DNA of 64,000 bases, taken from assembly GCA_003219125.1 (NCBI GenBank), contig QHPP01000111.1:931-64930 (forward strand), read 5' to 3'. The first letter of the stretch is position 1, and every line of letters starts with the position of its first letter. The translations under genes and the position numbers were made by a program. The notes under the pieces were generated by a model. That model was not told where the DNA came from. It worked only from the letters and a program-made list of their open reading frames with translations, and ran no database searches. The stretch comes from Verrucomicrobiota bacterium. Its GTDB lineage: Bacteria; Verrucomicrobiota; Verrucomicrobiia; Chthoniobacterales; UBA10450. Shown in pieces: positions 53,702-63,784 of this stretch.

Positions 53702-55804
53702 GTGACATCGGAATCGATCTTGGCTTTTATCGCCGCGGTGTTGAGCGCTGCTCTAGCCGTGGCAGCAGTATTGCGGAATCGCCGTAGCGGGGCTGCCTGG
53801 TGGTTCGGCTTCGGGATGCTCGGGCTGGCCGTGGACAGTGTCTTAACTGGAATTTGTTTATCATTAATCGGCCTGGAACAATTAGCCTTCTGGCAGGAGT
53901 GGGCGCTGATTCTGAAGGCGTTTCTGATCGCGATCTGGCTGGGCTTTGCGGTAACTTATTCGCGAGGCGATGCCGGCGAATCTTTTCGTAGCTGGCGAAT
54001 ATTAATTGCGATCGCGTGCCTGTTGCCGGTCGCGGCCTTGGTGGGGTTTCGCGGCGATCTCATTCAAGTCTTGGTGCGCCCAAATTCAACTGGCCTATGG
54101 ATCAGTTTTAGTAGTCCCGGCAAGATAGTCAACGTAGCGATTCTCGTCGGCACCGTTCTGGTGCTGATGAATCTTGAGCGGACGTTTCGTTCCGCGGTCG
54201 GAACAATGCAATGGCGTATCAAGTTCCTTGTCCTCGGATTGGCCGTGATTTTTGGAGCGAGGATTTATACGCGCAGCCAGGCGCTGGTCTTTTCTGGTCA
54301 CTACAATTCGCTAACCGAAGTTGAAGCAATCGGCTTGCTGGTAGGTTGTGTGCTCCTAGGTGTCGGTTACTTCCGCAGCGGATTTCGCGAAATCGACGTC
54401 TATCCTTCCCGCGCGGTCCTGCACACCTCGATCACGGTATTACTCGCCGGCGGTTACTTGTTCGTCATCGGTGTCCTCGCGCAAATCGTCGCGCGCTACG
54501 GCGGCGCAACGTCTTTCCAGCTCCAGGCTTTCCTAGTCCTGGTCGCCATCGCTCTGCTGGCGGTGTTGCTGCTCTCGGAAAAAATCCGGCAGCGAATAAA
54601 ACGTTTCGTCAGTCGCCATTTCAGTCGGCCACAATACGATTTTCGGAGTGTCTGGACTCAGTTCACCCAATCAACTTCAAGTGCGGTTGATGATCCGACA
54701 TTATGCGCAGCATCTGCCAAGCTGATTTCCGAGACCTTTAATGTTCTTTCAGTCAGTGTTTGGCTTTTCGACGAAGAGAAGAACAAGCTTAGACTGGAAG
54801 CCTCGACTTCGCGGGCACGCAATGCGGTGAGCGACGACACGATCGAGTTTCCCGCGATCGATCCGGGTTTTGCTAAGATGCGAAAGGCTTTCGATTTGGA
54901 AAAAGTCAAGGAGGACTGGGGACGGACTTTGCGGGAGATTACTAAAACGCAATTTAGCGAAGGCGGAAATCGCGTCGGCGTCCCCTTGCTGGCAGGCGAT
55001 CGTTACCTGGGCCTAATCATTCTGGCAGATCGCGTCAATGGCGTTCCCTACACGGTAGAAGAACTCGAGTTATTGGAGTGCATTGGCGATCAAGTGGCTT
55101 CCAGCCTGCTCAATCTTCGCCTTGCCAAGGAAATCATGCTCGGCAAAGAGCTGGAGGCGTTTCAAACCATCTCGGCCTTTTTCGTACACGACTTAAAGAA
55201 TGCCGCGTCCACGCTTAAACTGACGCTGCAGAACTTACCCGTGCACTTTGATGACCCGGACTTTCGCCAGGACACACTCCGTTCGATCGGTGCGACGACC
55301 AATCGCATCAACCAGATTATCGAGCGGTTGGGGACGCTTGGAGGCAAGCTTGAGCTTCGGCCTTCTGCAGTCGACTTAAAAGTGCTGGTTGAGCAGGCGA
55401 TTGAAAATCTGAATGGAATGCCCGGGATCGAATTTGCCAAAGAATTTGAATCCTTGCCCAAATTCATGGCCGATAGCGAGCAACTTCGCAGCGTTGTCAC
55501 CAACCTGCTTTTGAACGCACGCGAGGCGATAGGCGAACGCGGACGAATTGAAGTTAAGATCGGTGCCCAGGATGGTTGGGCTGCACTTTCCGTTTCCGAT
55601 GATGGTTGCGGAATGACACCATCGTTCCTGCGCGATTCCTTGTTCCGGCCGTTTAAGACGACAAAAAAGAAAGGATTGGGAATCGGGATGTTTCAAAGTA
55701 AAATGATCATCGAAGCGCACCACGGTAGCATTCGAGTAAAGAGCGACCTGGGGAAGGGGACAACCTTTCAGGTGCTCCTGCCTCTTACCTCTGGCAAATC
55801 ATGA
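53702..55804 (+). CDS. prsK: PEP-CTERM-system sensor histidine kinase
   Basis: A polytopic N-terminal half is followed by a GAF-like region. The H-box is FFVHDLKNAAS and the ATPase motifs are NLLLNAREA, DDGCGM and GLGIGM. It lies directly upstream of prsR/prsT and overlaps prsR. The start is GTG. Confidence 0.85.
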   Translation: MTSESILAFIAAVLSAALAVAAVLRNRRSGAAWWFGFGMLGLAVDSVLTGICLSLIGLEQLAFWQEWALILKAFLIAIWLGFAVTYSRGDAGESFRSWRILIAIACLLPVAALVGFRGDLIQVLVRPNSTGLWISFSSPGKIVNVAILVGTVLVLMNLERTFRSAVGTMQWRIKFLVLGLAVIFGARIYTRSQALVFSGHYNSLTEVEAIGLLVGCVLLGVGYFRSGFREIDVYPSRAVLHTSITVLLAGGYLFVIGVLAQIVARYGGATSFQLQAFLVLVAIALLAVLLLSEKIRQRIKRFVSRHFSRPQYDFRSVWTQFTQSTSSAVDDPTLCAASAKLISETFNVLSVSVWLFDEEKNKLRLEASTSRARNAVSDDTIEFPAIDPGFAKMRKAFDLEKVKEDWGRTLREITKTQFSEGGNRVGVPLLAGDRYLGLIILADRVNGVPYTVEELELLECIGDQVASSLLNLRLAKEIMLGKELEAFQTISAFFVHDLKNAASTLKLTLQNLPVHFDDPDFRQDTLRSIGATTNRINQIIERLGTLGGKLELRPSAVDLKVLVEQAIENLNGMPGIEFAKEFESLPKFMADSEQLRSVVTNLLLNAREAIGERGRIEVKIGAQDGWAALSVSDDGCGMTPSFLRDSLFRPFKTTKKKGLGIGMFQSKMIIEAHHGSIRVKSDLGKGTTFQVLLPLTSGKS

Positions 55805-57153
55805 ATCCGGTTTTACTTCTTGTTGACGATGACGAAGCGATTCGCACGCAGATGAAATGGGCGCTGAGCGCTGACTACGAGATTATCTCTGCTGAAGACC
55901 GCGCCGGGGCGGTTGAGAACTTTAAGAAGAAAAAGCCGGCCGTTACTTTGCTTGACCTTGGATTGCCGCCCCGGCCGGCCGATCCGGACGAAGGTCTTGC
56001 TACGCTGGCCGAACTAAAAGCCGTCGATGAGATGGCGAAGGTTATCGTTATCTCCGGACAGGGAGAAAAGAAGAACGCGCTGGAAGCGGTTGCGGCGGGC
56101 GCCTACGATTTTTTATGCAAACCGGTAGATCCGGATGAGCTAAAGCTGTTATTGAAGCGTTGCATCTATCTGGCTGACCTCGAACGCGAGTATCGAAAGG
56201 CAAAGGAGAGTCAGCGTGCGAACGTTTTTGAAGATATGCTGGGAACGAGCCCGCAGATGCAGGGTGTTTTTTCCTTTATTCGCAAGGTCGCAACTACAAC
56301 TGCGCCGGTTCTTTTACTGGGTGAAAGCGGGACGGGCAAAGAAATGGCCGCATTGGCGATTCACCGGCGCGGCCCCCGCAAGGACGGACCATTTATCCCG
56401 ATTAATTGCAATGCCATCCCCGAGAACCTGCTGGAAAGCGAACTATTCGGCCATGAGAAAGGTTCGTTCACCGGGGCAACCATGCAACGAGTAGGGTTGG
56501 TGGAAACGGCGAAGGGAGGCACTTTGTTCCTTGATGAAATCGGAGAATTGCCGCCCAGCATTCAGGTAAAACTGCTTCGCTATTTGCAAGAGCAGCGCTT
56601 TCAGCGAGTAGGGGGGCGACAGGAATTGGCGAGCGATGCTCGGGTCATCGCCGCGACCAACGTCGATCTGAAAGCGGGGATTAACCAGGGATCGTTTCGC
56701 GAAGACCTCTACTTTCGGCTGGCCGTGCTGGTAATTAGTCTGCCGCCTTTGCGGGAGCGGGGAGACGATGCCGTGCTGCTGGCGGAGGAGTTTTTGCAAA
56801 AGTACGCCGCTCAAAACGGCAAGGCCAACATCGCTTTTGTGCCCGAGGCTTTGCGGGCAATTAACCGCCATCCCTGGCCAGGAAATGTCCGGGAATTGCA
56901 AAATCGGATCAAGCGTGCAGTGATCATGGCAGATAGCAGACGAATTACCGAGAAAGACCTCGAGCTATCCACCGGGATAGGTTTTTCATCTTCAACCACG
57001 TTGAAAGAAGCGCGCGAAAACGTGGAGCGGGAAGTGGTCCAGCGTGCGTTGAAGCGCAATCTTGGCCGGATTAGTTCGGCGGCGGCGGAGCTGGGAATTA
57101 GCAGGCCGACCCTATATGAACTGATGGAAAGGCTCGGGATCTCGCGCGAGTAA
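55801..57153 (+). CDS. prsR: PEP-CTERM-box response regulator, sigma-54-dependent activator
   Basis: Receiver domain LLLVDDDE...LDLGLPP. The AAA+ domain has [16 protein letters not shown] and LFLDEIGEL. The C-terminal HTH is [16 protein letters not shown]. Confidence 0.9.
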   Translation: MNPVLLLVDDDEAIRTQMKWALSADYEIISAEDRAGAVENFKKKKPAVTLLDLGLPPRPADPDEGLATLAELKAVDEMAKVIVISGQGEKKNALEAVAAGAYDFLCKPVDPDELKLLLKRCIYLADLEREYRKAKESQRANVFEDMLGTSPQMQGVFSFIRKVATTTAPVLLLGESGTGKEMAALAIHRRGPRKDGPFIPINCNAIPENLLESELFGHEKGSFTGATMQRVGLVETAKGGTLFLDEIGELPPSIQVKLLRYLQEQRFQRVGGRQELASDARVIAATNVDLKAGINQGSFREDLYFRLAVLVISLPPLRERGDDAVLLAEEFLQKYAAQNGKANIAFVPEALRAINRHPWPGNVRELQNRIKRAVIMADSRRITEKDLELSTGIGFSSSTTLKEARENVEREVVQRALKRNLGRISSAAAELGISRPTLYELMERLGISRE

Positions 57154-57187
57154 GCGGTGGGAATTAGTCTCAAATAGTTAACAAGAA

Positions 57188-60100
57188 ATGTATAAATCAC
57201 CAATTCAAATTATTCGTTTGACCGCAATCCTGGTCGTGGTGCTGGTTACCTGTAGTTGCACCTCTGAGATGAAGAAGTCCCGCTACCTGGCGCGGGCAGA
57301 GCGCTACTTCAAAGCCGGGGAGTATGACCAGGCCAAGATTGAATATTTAAAGGTCTTGACGGTTGATCCGGGAAATGCTGTTGCCTATGCTCGTTGCGGG
57401 GCAATTTGGGCGGACGAAGGCGCGCCCTTGCGGGCGGCGGCGTTCCTCATGAAAGCACGCGAGCTGGCTCCCAAGGATTTGGACAATCGCTACAAGCTTG
57501 CCCAACTTTATCTCCGAGTAGGCCAGGCAAACGAGGCCTTCAAGGAAGCGACCGAGATTTTGAAGCAAGCACCCGACAACGGACCGGCTCTTGCCCTTCT
57601 GGCGGAGACAGCCCTTACCCCGGAGCAAAACCAGACGGCGGAACAGGAGCTGCAGAAATTCCCGCACCATGACAACCCTTACGTTGAGGTGGCTGACGCA
57701 GCATTGTCGATCCGTAAAGGAGACCTGGCCAAAGCCGAAGCGGCGCTGAATCACGCACTGTCCCTTGATCCGAAATGCGCGCAGGCGCATTTCGGACTAG
57801 CCCAGGTATCGCTAACCAAGAAAGATAACGCGCGAGCAGGGCAAGAAGTTAAAGCCGCGGCAGACCTCAGTCCCGTTCGATCGCAAGAGCGATTGTCTTA
57901 TGCCGAATTCAAGATGCAGACAGGTGACAAGGAAGAAGCAAAGAGTTACCTTCAAGATCTCACTAACCAGGCGCGCGATTTCATCGGAGCATGGGTTCTT
58001 CAGGCGAAGCTAGCGCAATCGGATAAGAACTACGATAAAGTAGTAGCGCTGCTCCAAAACGTTTTTAGCCGCGACCCGGATAATCTCGAAGCGCGGGTGG
58101 TCCAGGCGCAAGCCCTATTAGGAAAAGGCGATCTCAAACAGGGAACCGAGATACTTGAGCGCGCTGACAAATCGTTCGCAAACAACCCGTTAATTAAGTA
58201 TAAGCTTGCGCTCGCCTACCTTCAGGGCCGGAATACACCTCAGGCAATGAATGAACTGGAGCAAGCGGTTAAGATCGCGCCCAAGTACGTTGAAGCGATT
58301 GTCCTTCTGGCCCAACTGCGCCTCCAGAGTGGCGACCCGCGATCTGTCATCGCACCACTGGAAACGGCTTTACAGCTTAGGCCGGATGTCACTCAAATAA
58401 GAACGCTTTTGGCCGATGCGTATCAAGCAGTGGGCCGTTCGGAAGACGCGGCTTCTCTAATTCGCGACCAAATAAAGAAAACACCGGAAGATTCGCAATC
58501 CTACCTCGTTCTGGGAGTTATTTTAAAGAGAGAAAAGAAGAACGATGAATCACGCAAGGCATTCGAAAAGGCGATTGAACTTAATCCCCAAAATGTGGTC
58601 GCGATTGATCAATTGACCGATCTCGACCTTGAGGCCAAGGCATTTTCCGTTGTCCATAAACGGGCGGATGCACTTCTGCAAAAAGAGCCGCAGTCGGCTC
58701 CGGCCTATTATATTCATGCAAGAAGCTATGTGATAGAAAAGAATTTTCCCGCGGCCGAGACCGCGCTTAAGAAAGCGATCGAGCTCGATCCGAACCTGGG
58801 TGCTCCCTACAATCTTCTTGTCGCTATTTATGTTCAAACCAACAAGCTGCCGGAGGCGTTGAAGGAACTGGAAACAGTCCTGGCGAAGAATCCGCAATAT
58901 TCCCCCGCGATTTTAACTTCCGGAATAATCTATGGGCAAATGGGTGATTTTGCCAAAGCGCGCGATAGCTACGAGAAGGTCCTGGCTTTGACTCCGAACT
59001 TTGTTCCGGCGTTAAATAACCTGGCTTACATCTACAGCGAGAAGCTCGCCAATCTAGATCGAGCCGCTGATCTCGCGCGTAAAGCGCATGAGTTGGTTCC
59101 GGCCGAGCCGAGCGTCCAAGATACTTTTGGTTGGGTGTTGTATCGTCAAGGTAAATACCAGGAGGCGGCGGAGCTATTAGAGCAAAGTGCCGCCAAGTCG
59201 CCCGATCGAGGCGAAATCCAGTTTCATCTTGGGATGGCAAACTATATGATGGGCCGATTGGATGAGGCCCGTGCCGCGCTGCAAAAGGCAGTTTCAGTTC
59301 CGGGCGATTTTCCTGGCAAGGACGAAGCGAAAAGTCGGCTGCAGCTCCTTTCGCAAACCGGGGACTTATCCGCCATCGATCTGGAGAAATTTGCGAAGGA
59401 GAAATCAAACGATCCCGTTACCTTGATGCGACTGGGCGCGGCTTACACAAAGTCGGGCACGGCGGATAAGGCGGCTCAAGCGTACGAGCAGGCGCTCCAA
59501 GCCAATCCGAAATTATTAGAAGCGGCGCTGTCGTTGGCGAAATTGAATGCCGGGCCTCTGAAAAATAATGCCAAGGCGCTGGAGTATGCCAAGAAAGCAC
59601 GCGGACTGGCTCCCGCGGACACACGCGTCAGCGCGACCGCGGGTCATATCGCGTATCAGGCTGGCAATTTCCCGTGGGCCTATGGCCTTTTGCAGGAAAG
59701 CAGCCGCGGCTTGCCTGATGATATGGGAGTGGCGCGCGATTTTGCCTGGGCCGCTTACAGCACTGGTAAAACAAACGAGGCGCAGGAAGCGATGCGACGC
59801 GTTGGGAATGGCCCGGCCGCCTCTCCTGAGCAGGCGGAAGCAGCACTTTTCCTATCAATGGCCGCTCTGGATTCGGACGACGCGATTCCCGGTAACGCTG
59901 AGAATGAGGTGACGAAAGTGTTGTCTGCACAGCCGGATTATGTGCCGGCATTAATGGCAAAAGGCGCCATACGATTGCAAAAGGGCGATACCGCAGAAGC
60001 CAGCGCGATCTACAGCAGCATCCTTCAGAAATGGCCTGATTTTGCTCCAGCGCAAAAACGGCTCGCTTCGATTTACGTTAACGAACCGGCCAACGCGAGC

Positions 60101-60418
60101 AAAGCTTACGAGCTAGCCAGCAAAGCGCGTCGAACTCTCGTCGACGATCCGGCGCTGGCGAAAACCTTGGGCACATTGTGTTTTCAGCGAAAGGAATATG
60201 CACGGGCGGTGCAACTGTTTCAGGAAAGCGAAGGCAAAAAGACGCTGGACGGAAAATCGCTTTTTATGTTGGGAATGGCGCATCTTAAATTAGGGCACAG
60301 GACAGACGCCCGAACGGTCCTCGATCGGGCTATAGCGGCCGGCATTCCTGACGACCTCGCAAAACAGGCGAAAGATGCTATGGCTGAGCTAGATAAAGCA
60401 GCGGATCAGAGACCCTAG
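57188..60418 (+). CDS. prsT: PEP-CTERM-system TPR-repeat lipoprotein
   Basis: Lipobox-like VVLVTCSC. About 1000 aa of TPR repeats follow (recurrent A..Y...G....A...L.KAL.L.P). It occupies the canonical position after prsK/prsR. Confidence 0.85.
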   Translation: MYKSPIQIIRLTAILVVVLVTCSCTSEMKKSRYLARAERYFKAGEYDQAKIEYLKVLTVDPGNAVAYARCGAIWADEGAPLRAAAFLMKARELAPKDLDNRYKLAQLYLRVGQANEAFKEATEILKQAPDNGPALALLAETALTPEQNQTAEQELQKFPHHDNPYVEVADAALSIRKGDLAKAEAALNHALSLDPKCAQAHFGLAQVSLTKKDNARAGQEVKAAADLSPVRSQERLSYAEFKMQTGDKEEAKSYLQDLTNQARDFIGAWVLQAKLAQSDKNYDKVVALLQNVFSRDPDNLEARVVQAQALLGKGDLKQGTEILERADKSFANNPLIKYKLALAYLQGRNTPQAMNELEQAVKIAPKYVEAIVLLAQLRLQSGDPRSVIAPLETALQLRPDVTQIRTLLADAYQAVGRSEDAASLIRDQIKKTPEDSQSYLVLGVILKREKKNDESRKAFEKAIELNPQNVVAIDQLTDLDLEAKAFSVVHKRADALLQKEPQSAPAYYIHARSYVIEKNFPAAETALKKAIELDPNLGAPYNLLVAIYVQTNKLPEALKELETVLAKNPQYSPAILTSGIIYGQMGDFAKARDSYEKVLALTPNFVPALNNLAYIYSEKLANLDRAADLARKAHELVPAEPSVQDTFGWVLYRQGKYQEAAELLEQSAAKSPDRGEIQFHLGMANYMMGRLDEARAALQKAVSVPGDFPGKDEAKSRLQLLSQTGDLSAIDLEKFAKEKSNDPVTLMRLGAAYTKSGTADKAAQAYEQALQANPKLLEAALSLAKLNAGPLKNNAKALEYAKKARGLAPADTRVSATAGHIAYQAGNFPWAYGLLQESSRGLPDDMGVARDFAWAAYSTGKTNEAQEAMRRVGNGPAASPEQAEAALFLSMAALDSDDAIPGNAENEVTKVLSAQPDYVPALMAKGAIRLQKGDTAEASAIYSSILQKWPDFAPAQKRLASIYVNEPANASKAYELASKARRTLVDDPALAKTLGTLCFQRKEYARAVQLFQESEGKKTLDGKSLFMLGMAHLKLGHRTDARTVLDRAIAAGIPDDLAKQAKDAMAELDKAADQRP

Positions 60419-60613
60419 GCATGCCTGGAACGTCGGATTGTTTAATGTCGATAAGGAAGTGGACAGATCGCTCAATTTCAGTTACTTAGATCACGAGTGC
60501 ATTGCAGCGTGTCGGAGTTATTTACATTCTAGTGCTTATATGCGAAATGGCCAAAATTAAGTTTCAAATGCAAGCCATTGATAATCAGGAAGTTAGAGTT
60601 ATAGACAGAATAT

Positions 60614-60629
60614 TGGCACAGGCATTGCT
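60614..60629 (+). promoter_or_regulatory. sigma-54 (-24/-12) promoter upstream of the PEP-CTERM gene at 60661
   Basis: TGGCAC-aggca-TTGCT is an exact match to the consensus core. It ends 31 nt before the ATG, and an AAAGGAAA ribosome-binding site lies in between. Confidence 0.8.
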
Positions 60630-60660
60630 ATCTTGTAACCGAACCCAGAAAAGGAAACCA

Positions 60661-61227
60661 ATGAAATTATCTAAAACTCTCTTAACAATCGTCGCAGCGG
60701 TGGCCAGCGTCGGACTTCTCTCCTCTGCTCAAGCGACACCGATTACCGGGATGTTGAATATCGGAGGCACCGCCACATTCAATACCAACTCATTGGCAAC
60801 AGCCACAAGCGCTACTTTTGCTGACGTGCTAGTGTTGGGCGGAAATAGTGGAGACTTTGCTGGCTTCGCCGTTGGCACTCCTGTAGTGATGGCTTCCTAC
60901 ACTTTCGATCCCTCAACTATAACCAACGGACTATGGAGTGTGAATGGATTCACCTTCAATCTTACTTCTTCAACGGTGGTAACGCGCACCAAATTTTTCC
61001 TCTCGGTCAGTGGAACGGGAATTATCACGGGCCCGGCAGGATTTGATGCCACGCCGGGTGTGTGGGCGTTTACGTCGCAGAACGCGAATGGCCATCCTCA
61101 TGACACCTTCTCCTTCTCTGCGAACACCGCAGCCGGCGGCATTCCTGACGGCGGGATGACCGTGGCTCTGCTCGGCGTAGGCCTGATGGGACTTGCAGCG
61201 TTTCGGGCGAAGTTCGGAAAAGTTTAA
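60661..61227 (+). CDS. PEP-CTERM (IPDGGMT variant) secreted protein
   Basis: I chose the start at MKLSKTLLTIVAAVASVGLLSSAQA (signal peptide, good RBS) rather than the ORF-track start at 60502. The C-terminus is IPDGGMTVALLGVGLMGLAAFRAKFGKV. Confidence 0.85.
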   Translation: MKLSKTLLTIVAAVASVGLLSSAQATPITGMLNIGGTATFNTNSLATATSATFADVLVLGGNSGDFAGFAVGTPVVMASYTFDPSTITNGLWSVNGFTFNLTSSTVVTRTKFFLSVSGTGIITGPAGFDATPGVWAFTSQNANGHPHDTFSFSANTAAGGIPDGGMTVALLGVGLMGLAAFRAKFGKV

Positions 61228-61245
61228 ACAACCTTTCATCAAGAC

Positions 61246-61282
61246 CCGGGCAGGGCCGAAAGCCTGCTCGGGTTTGTCTTTT
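61246..61282 (+). terminator. intrinsic terminator
   Basis: CCCGGGCAGG-gccgaaag-CCTGCTCGGG with one G-U pair, followed by TTTGTCTTTT. Confidence 0.75.
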
Positions 61283-61515
61283 GGGATTAAATTCTCGCCT
61301 CAAAGAGCGCGCTTGTCCTTCCCGATTCAAGCTCCCAAATATTTGTTCGGCCAGCCAAGAAGCCGTTTTGCCACGAATCCGGTCACAGAATCGCAAACAG
61401 TAATCGCGCACCTACTCAAACGATTACCACTTAGAGATTTTGCTACTTTGGAGTAAAATAATCTCGATTTCCGAATAATCCGTATTTATGTTCCGTCGGA
61501 GTTCTCACGTATTTT

Positions 61516-63117
61516 ATGAAACAGACCCTATTTAAAACATTGCTCGCGTTCTCGCTGTTTACGGCGGCCGCTTGCTATTCGACTCAAGCTGCGCCTGGCG
61601 ACCTATATGATGGTGGCCTCAGCGATCAAAAGATCTACAAGTTTAATACCGCGGGAACTCAGACGATTTTTGTTTCTGATTCAGCGACTTTTCAACCTGA
61701 CTGGCTCGCTTTCGACAGTAAGGGAAATCTATTTGCCTCCAACCCCGCCCACAGCGCTATTTCGAAGATCCCGCCCAACGGGAGCACAATCACCGATTTT
61801 GCCACAGGCATCAATCCGGGCGACCTGGCGTTCGACGCGGCAGGTAATCTTTTCGCAATCGACGGGATTACCGGCTCGATCTTCAAATATACTCCAACCG
61901 GCGCAAAAACGACCTTTGCCGGTCCTGGGTTAAATGACTTGATTGCTCTGGCTTTCGCGAGCGACGGTAATCTTTTTGTGACCCGAAGAGGCACCGGGCT
62001 ATCCGGGAGCGGCTCGATCGTAAAGTTTACGCCGGCTGGGGCAATGAGCACCTTTATCCCGAGCGGTCTCTTTCTGCCGAAAGACCTTGCCTTTGATGGT
62101 TTTGGTAACCTTTACGAGGCGGATTCAGGGAGTGGCTCAGTATTCAAATTTGCTCCTAACGGGACGAAAACTACCTTTAAAGCAGGACTAAATGCCCCTC
62201 AATCACTCGCTTTCGATCGCGATGGAAATTTGTTCGTTGGTGAGTGCCCCACATGCGATATTGTAAAAATCACGCCCGCGGGAACTCAGAGCCTTTTTGC
62301 GTCACCGAGTGCAATCGGTGGGCTTGCCTTCGAACCGCCAACAGGCCAGCTGACAAACATCTCGACCCGCGCCTCTGTTCAAACAGGCTCAGGCGTTACT
62401 ATCGCCGGATTCATCCTTACCGGAACGGACTTGAAACAAGTAGTAGTACGCGGACTGGGCCCGACCTTGGCGCAGTTTGGAGTTTCAGGTGCTCTGGCCG
62501 ATCCAACGCTGCAACTGGTCGATGGTAGTGGAAAAACGATATTCATTAACGATAATTGGAAAGACACACAGCAAGCCGGCATTCAGGCCACGGGGCTTGC
62601 GCCGCCCAACGATCTGGAGTCGGCTATCCGCATCGCTGTGCAACCGGGCAATTACACAGCCATTCTGTCCGGCAAGAATAACACCACTGGCGTCGGGCTG
62701 GTGGAAGTGTACGATATAACTACCGGCGCCTTTGCCGAGCTCACAAATGTCTCAACGCGAGGTTTTGTTGGCACTGGTGATAACGTGATGATTGGCGGCT
62801 TTATTACCGCGGGAGGTAACGGCAGTACTCAAGTGGTGGTGCGCGGGCTCGGCCCCACCCTCACGCAATTTGGGGTCCCAGGCGCTCTAGCTGACCCCGC
62901 ATTGCGTCTGGTGGACAGCAACGGGAATATTGTCCGAGGCAACAATAATTGGAAAGACAGCCAGCAAGTGGCAATTCAGGCAACCGGACTGGCTCCGCCG
63001 AATGACTTAGAGGCGGCAATCCTTGCAACAGTCGCTGCCGGACGCTACACCGCTATTCTTTCGGGCAACGGTGGTGGGACGGGGATAGGCCTGGTTGAAG
63101 TTTACAAGCTGCCATAG
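61516..63117 (+). CDS. secreted NHL/beta-propeller repeat protein with two tandem C-terminal ~125-130 aa domains of unknown function
   Basis: Signal peptide MKQTLFKTLLAFSLFTAAACYSTQA. The blade motif G/DGNLF recurs (KGNLFAS, AGNLFAID, DGNLFVT, FGNLYEAD, DGNLFVGE). A duplicated block follows: TN(I/V)STR...VVVRGLGPTL.QFGV.GALADP.L.LVD..G......NNWKD.QQ..IQATGLAPPNDLE.AI...V..G.YTAILSG....TG.GLVEVY. Confidence 0.8.
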   Translation: MKQTLFKTLLAFSLFTAAACYSTQAAPGDLYDGGLSDQKIYKFNTAGTQTIFVSDSATFQPDWLAFDSKGNLFASNPAHSAISKIPPNGSTITDFATGINPGDLAFDAAGNLFAIDGITGSIFKYTPTGAKTTFAGPGLNDLIALAFASDGNLFVTRRGTGLSGSGSIVKFTPAGAMSTFIPSGLFLPKDLAFDGFGNLYEADSGSGSVFKFAPNGTKTTFKAGLNAPQSLAFDRDGNLFVGECPTCDIVKITPAGTQSLFASPSAIGGLAFEPPTGQLTNISTRASVQTGSGVTIAGFILTGTDLKQVVVRGLGPTLAQFGVSGALADPTLQLVDGSGKTIFINDNWKDTQQAGIQATGLAPPNDLESAIRIAVQPGNYTAILSGKNNTTGVGLVEVYDITTGAFAELTNVSTRGFVGTGDNVMIGGFITAGGNGSTQVVVRGLGPTLTQFGVPGALADPALRLVDSNGNIVRGNNNWKDSQQVAIQATGLAPPNDLEAAILATVAAGRYTAILSGNGGGTGIGLVEVYKLP

Positions 63118-63223
63118 CGGCCGGTACTCCGGCCGAATCTAGCCTGAGTCAGATTCCATCGGCCAAGCTATAGTTGAAAAAATCGCGCTCCTTGGTAGGG
63201 ATTGAGAGAAACCAGGCGAGCGA

Positions 63224-63784
63224 ATGTCGAAATCTCAACCGCAAATTCTGCCGACCGATCGGCCATTTTGGTTCTGCCTGCGAGCGCAAACTAAACGCGA
63301 GCACTTCGCCGCTATTGGTCTACGCAAACAATACCAGATTACCTGTTTCGCTCCACGGCTCCGCATGCGCAAATTGACCCGGAGAGGCGCGGTCTGGTTC
63401 GTGGAGGCAATGTTTCCGGGCTATTTTTTTGCACAGTTCGATTACGCCACTGAACGACGCCGCGTTGAGCATGCCCCCGGCGTCCGCGGTCTCGTCCAGT
63501 TCGGAGATCGGCTGGCAACAATTGATTCAACGATCATTGACGCCCTGCGGCAAAGGATGGAAGCCGACGAATTGGTCACGCTCGATCCGGAGATCAAGGT
63601 CGGCCAGGAGGTGCAAATTGCGCATGGGCCGTTGCAAGGGCTGGGAGTTCTCGTCACCCAGTTGCTGCCCGCTTCGGAACGCGTCCGCGTGCTATTTGAA
63701 TTTCTGGGGCGTTCCCTGCAAATGGAAGTGTCGAAGGAAACTTTGATTCAACCGCGGGGATCGGCGGTTTCCTCGTTACACTAG
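63224..63784 (+). CDS. NusG-family transcription antitermination paralog (RfaH/UpxY-like)
   Basis: NGN-like N-terminus WFCLRAQTKREHFAA...FAPRLR...VEAMFPGYFFAQF. KOW-like segment KVGQEVQIAHGPLQGLGVLVTQL. Confidence 0.7.
   Translation: MSKSQPQILPTDRPFWFCLRAQTKREHFAAIGLRKQYQITCFAPRLRMRKLTRRGAVWFVEAMFPGYFFAQFDYATERRRVEHAPGVRGLVQFGDRLATIDSTIIDALRQRMEADELVTLDPEIKVGQEVQIAHGPLQGLGVLVTQLLPASERVRVLFEFLGRSLQMEVSKETLIQPRGSAVSSLH

Noticed and set aside
60502-60660. ORF-track N-terminal extension of the last PEP-CTERM gene
   Set aside because: The extension overlaps the perfect sigma-54 promoter (60614-60629) and the RBS. The signal peptide starts at the ATG at 60661.
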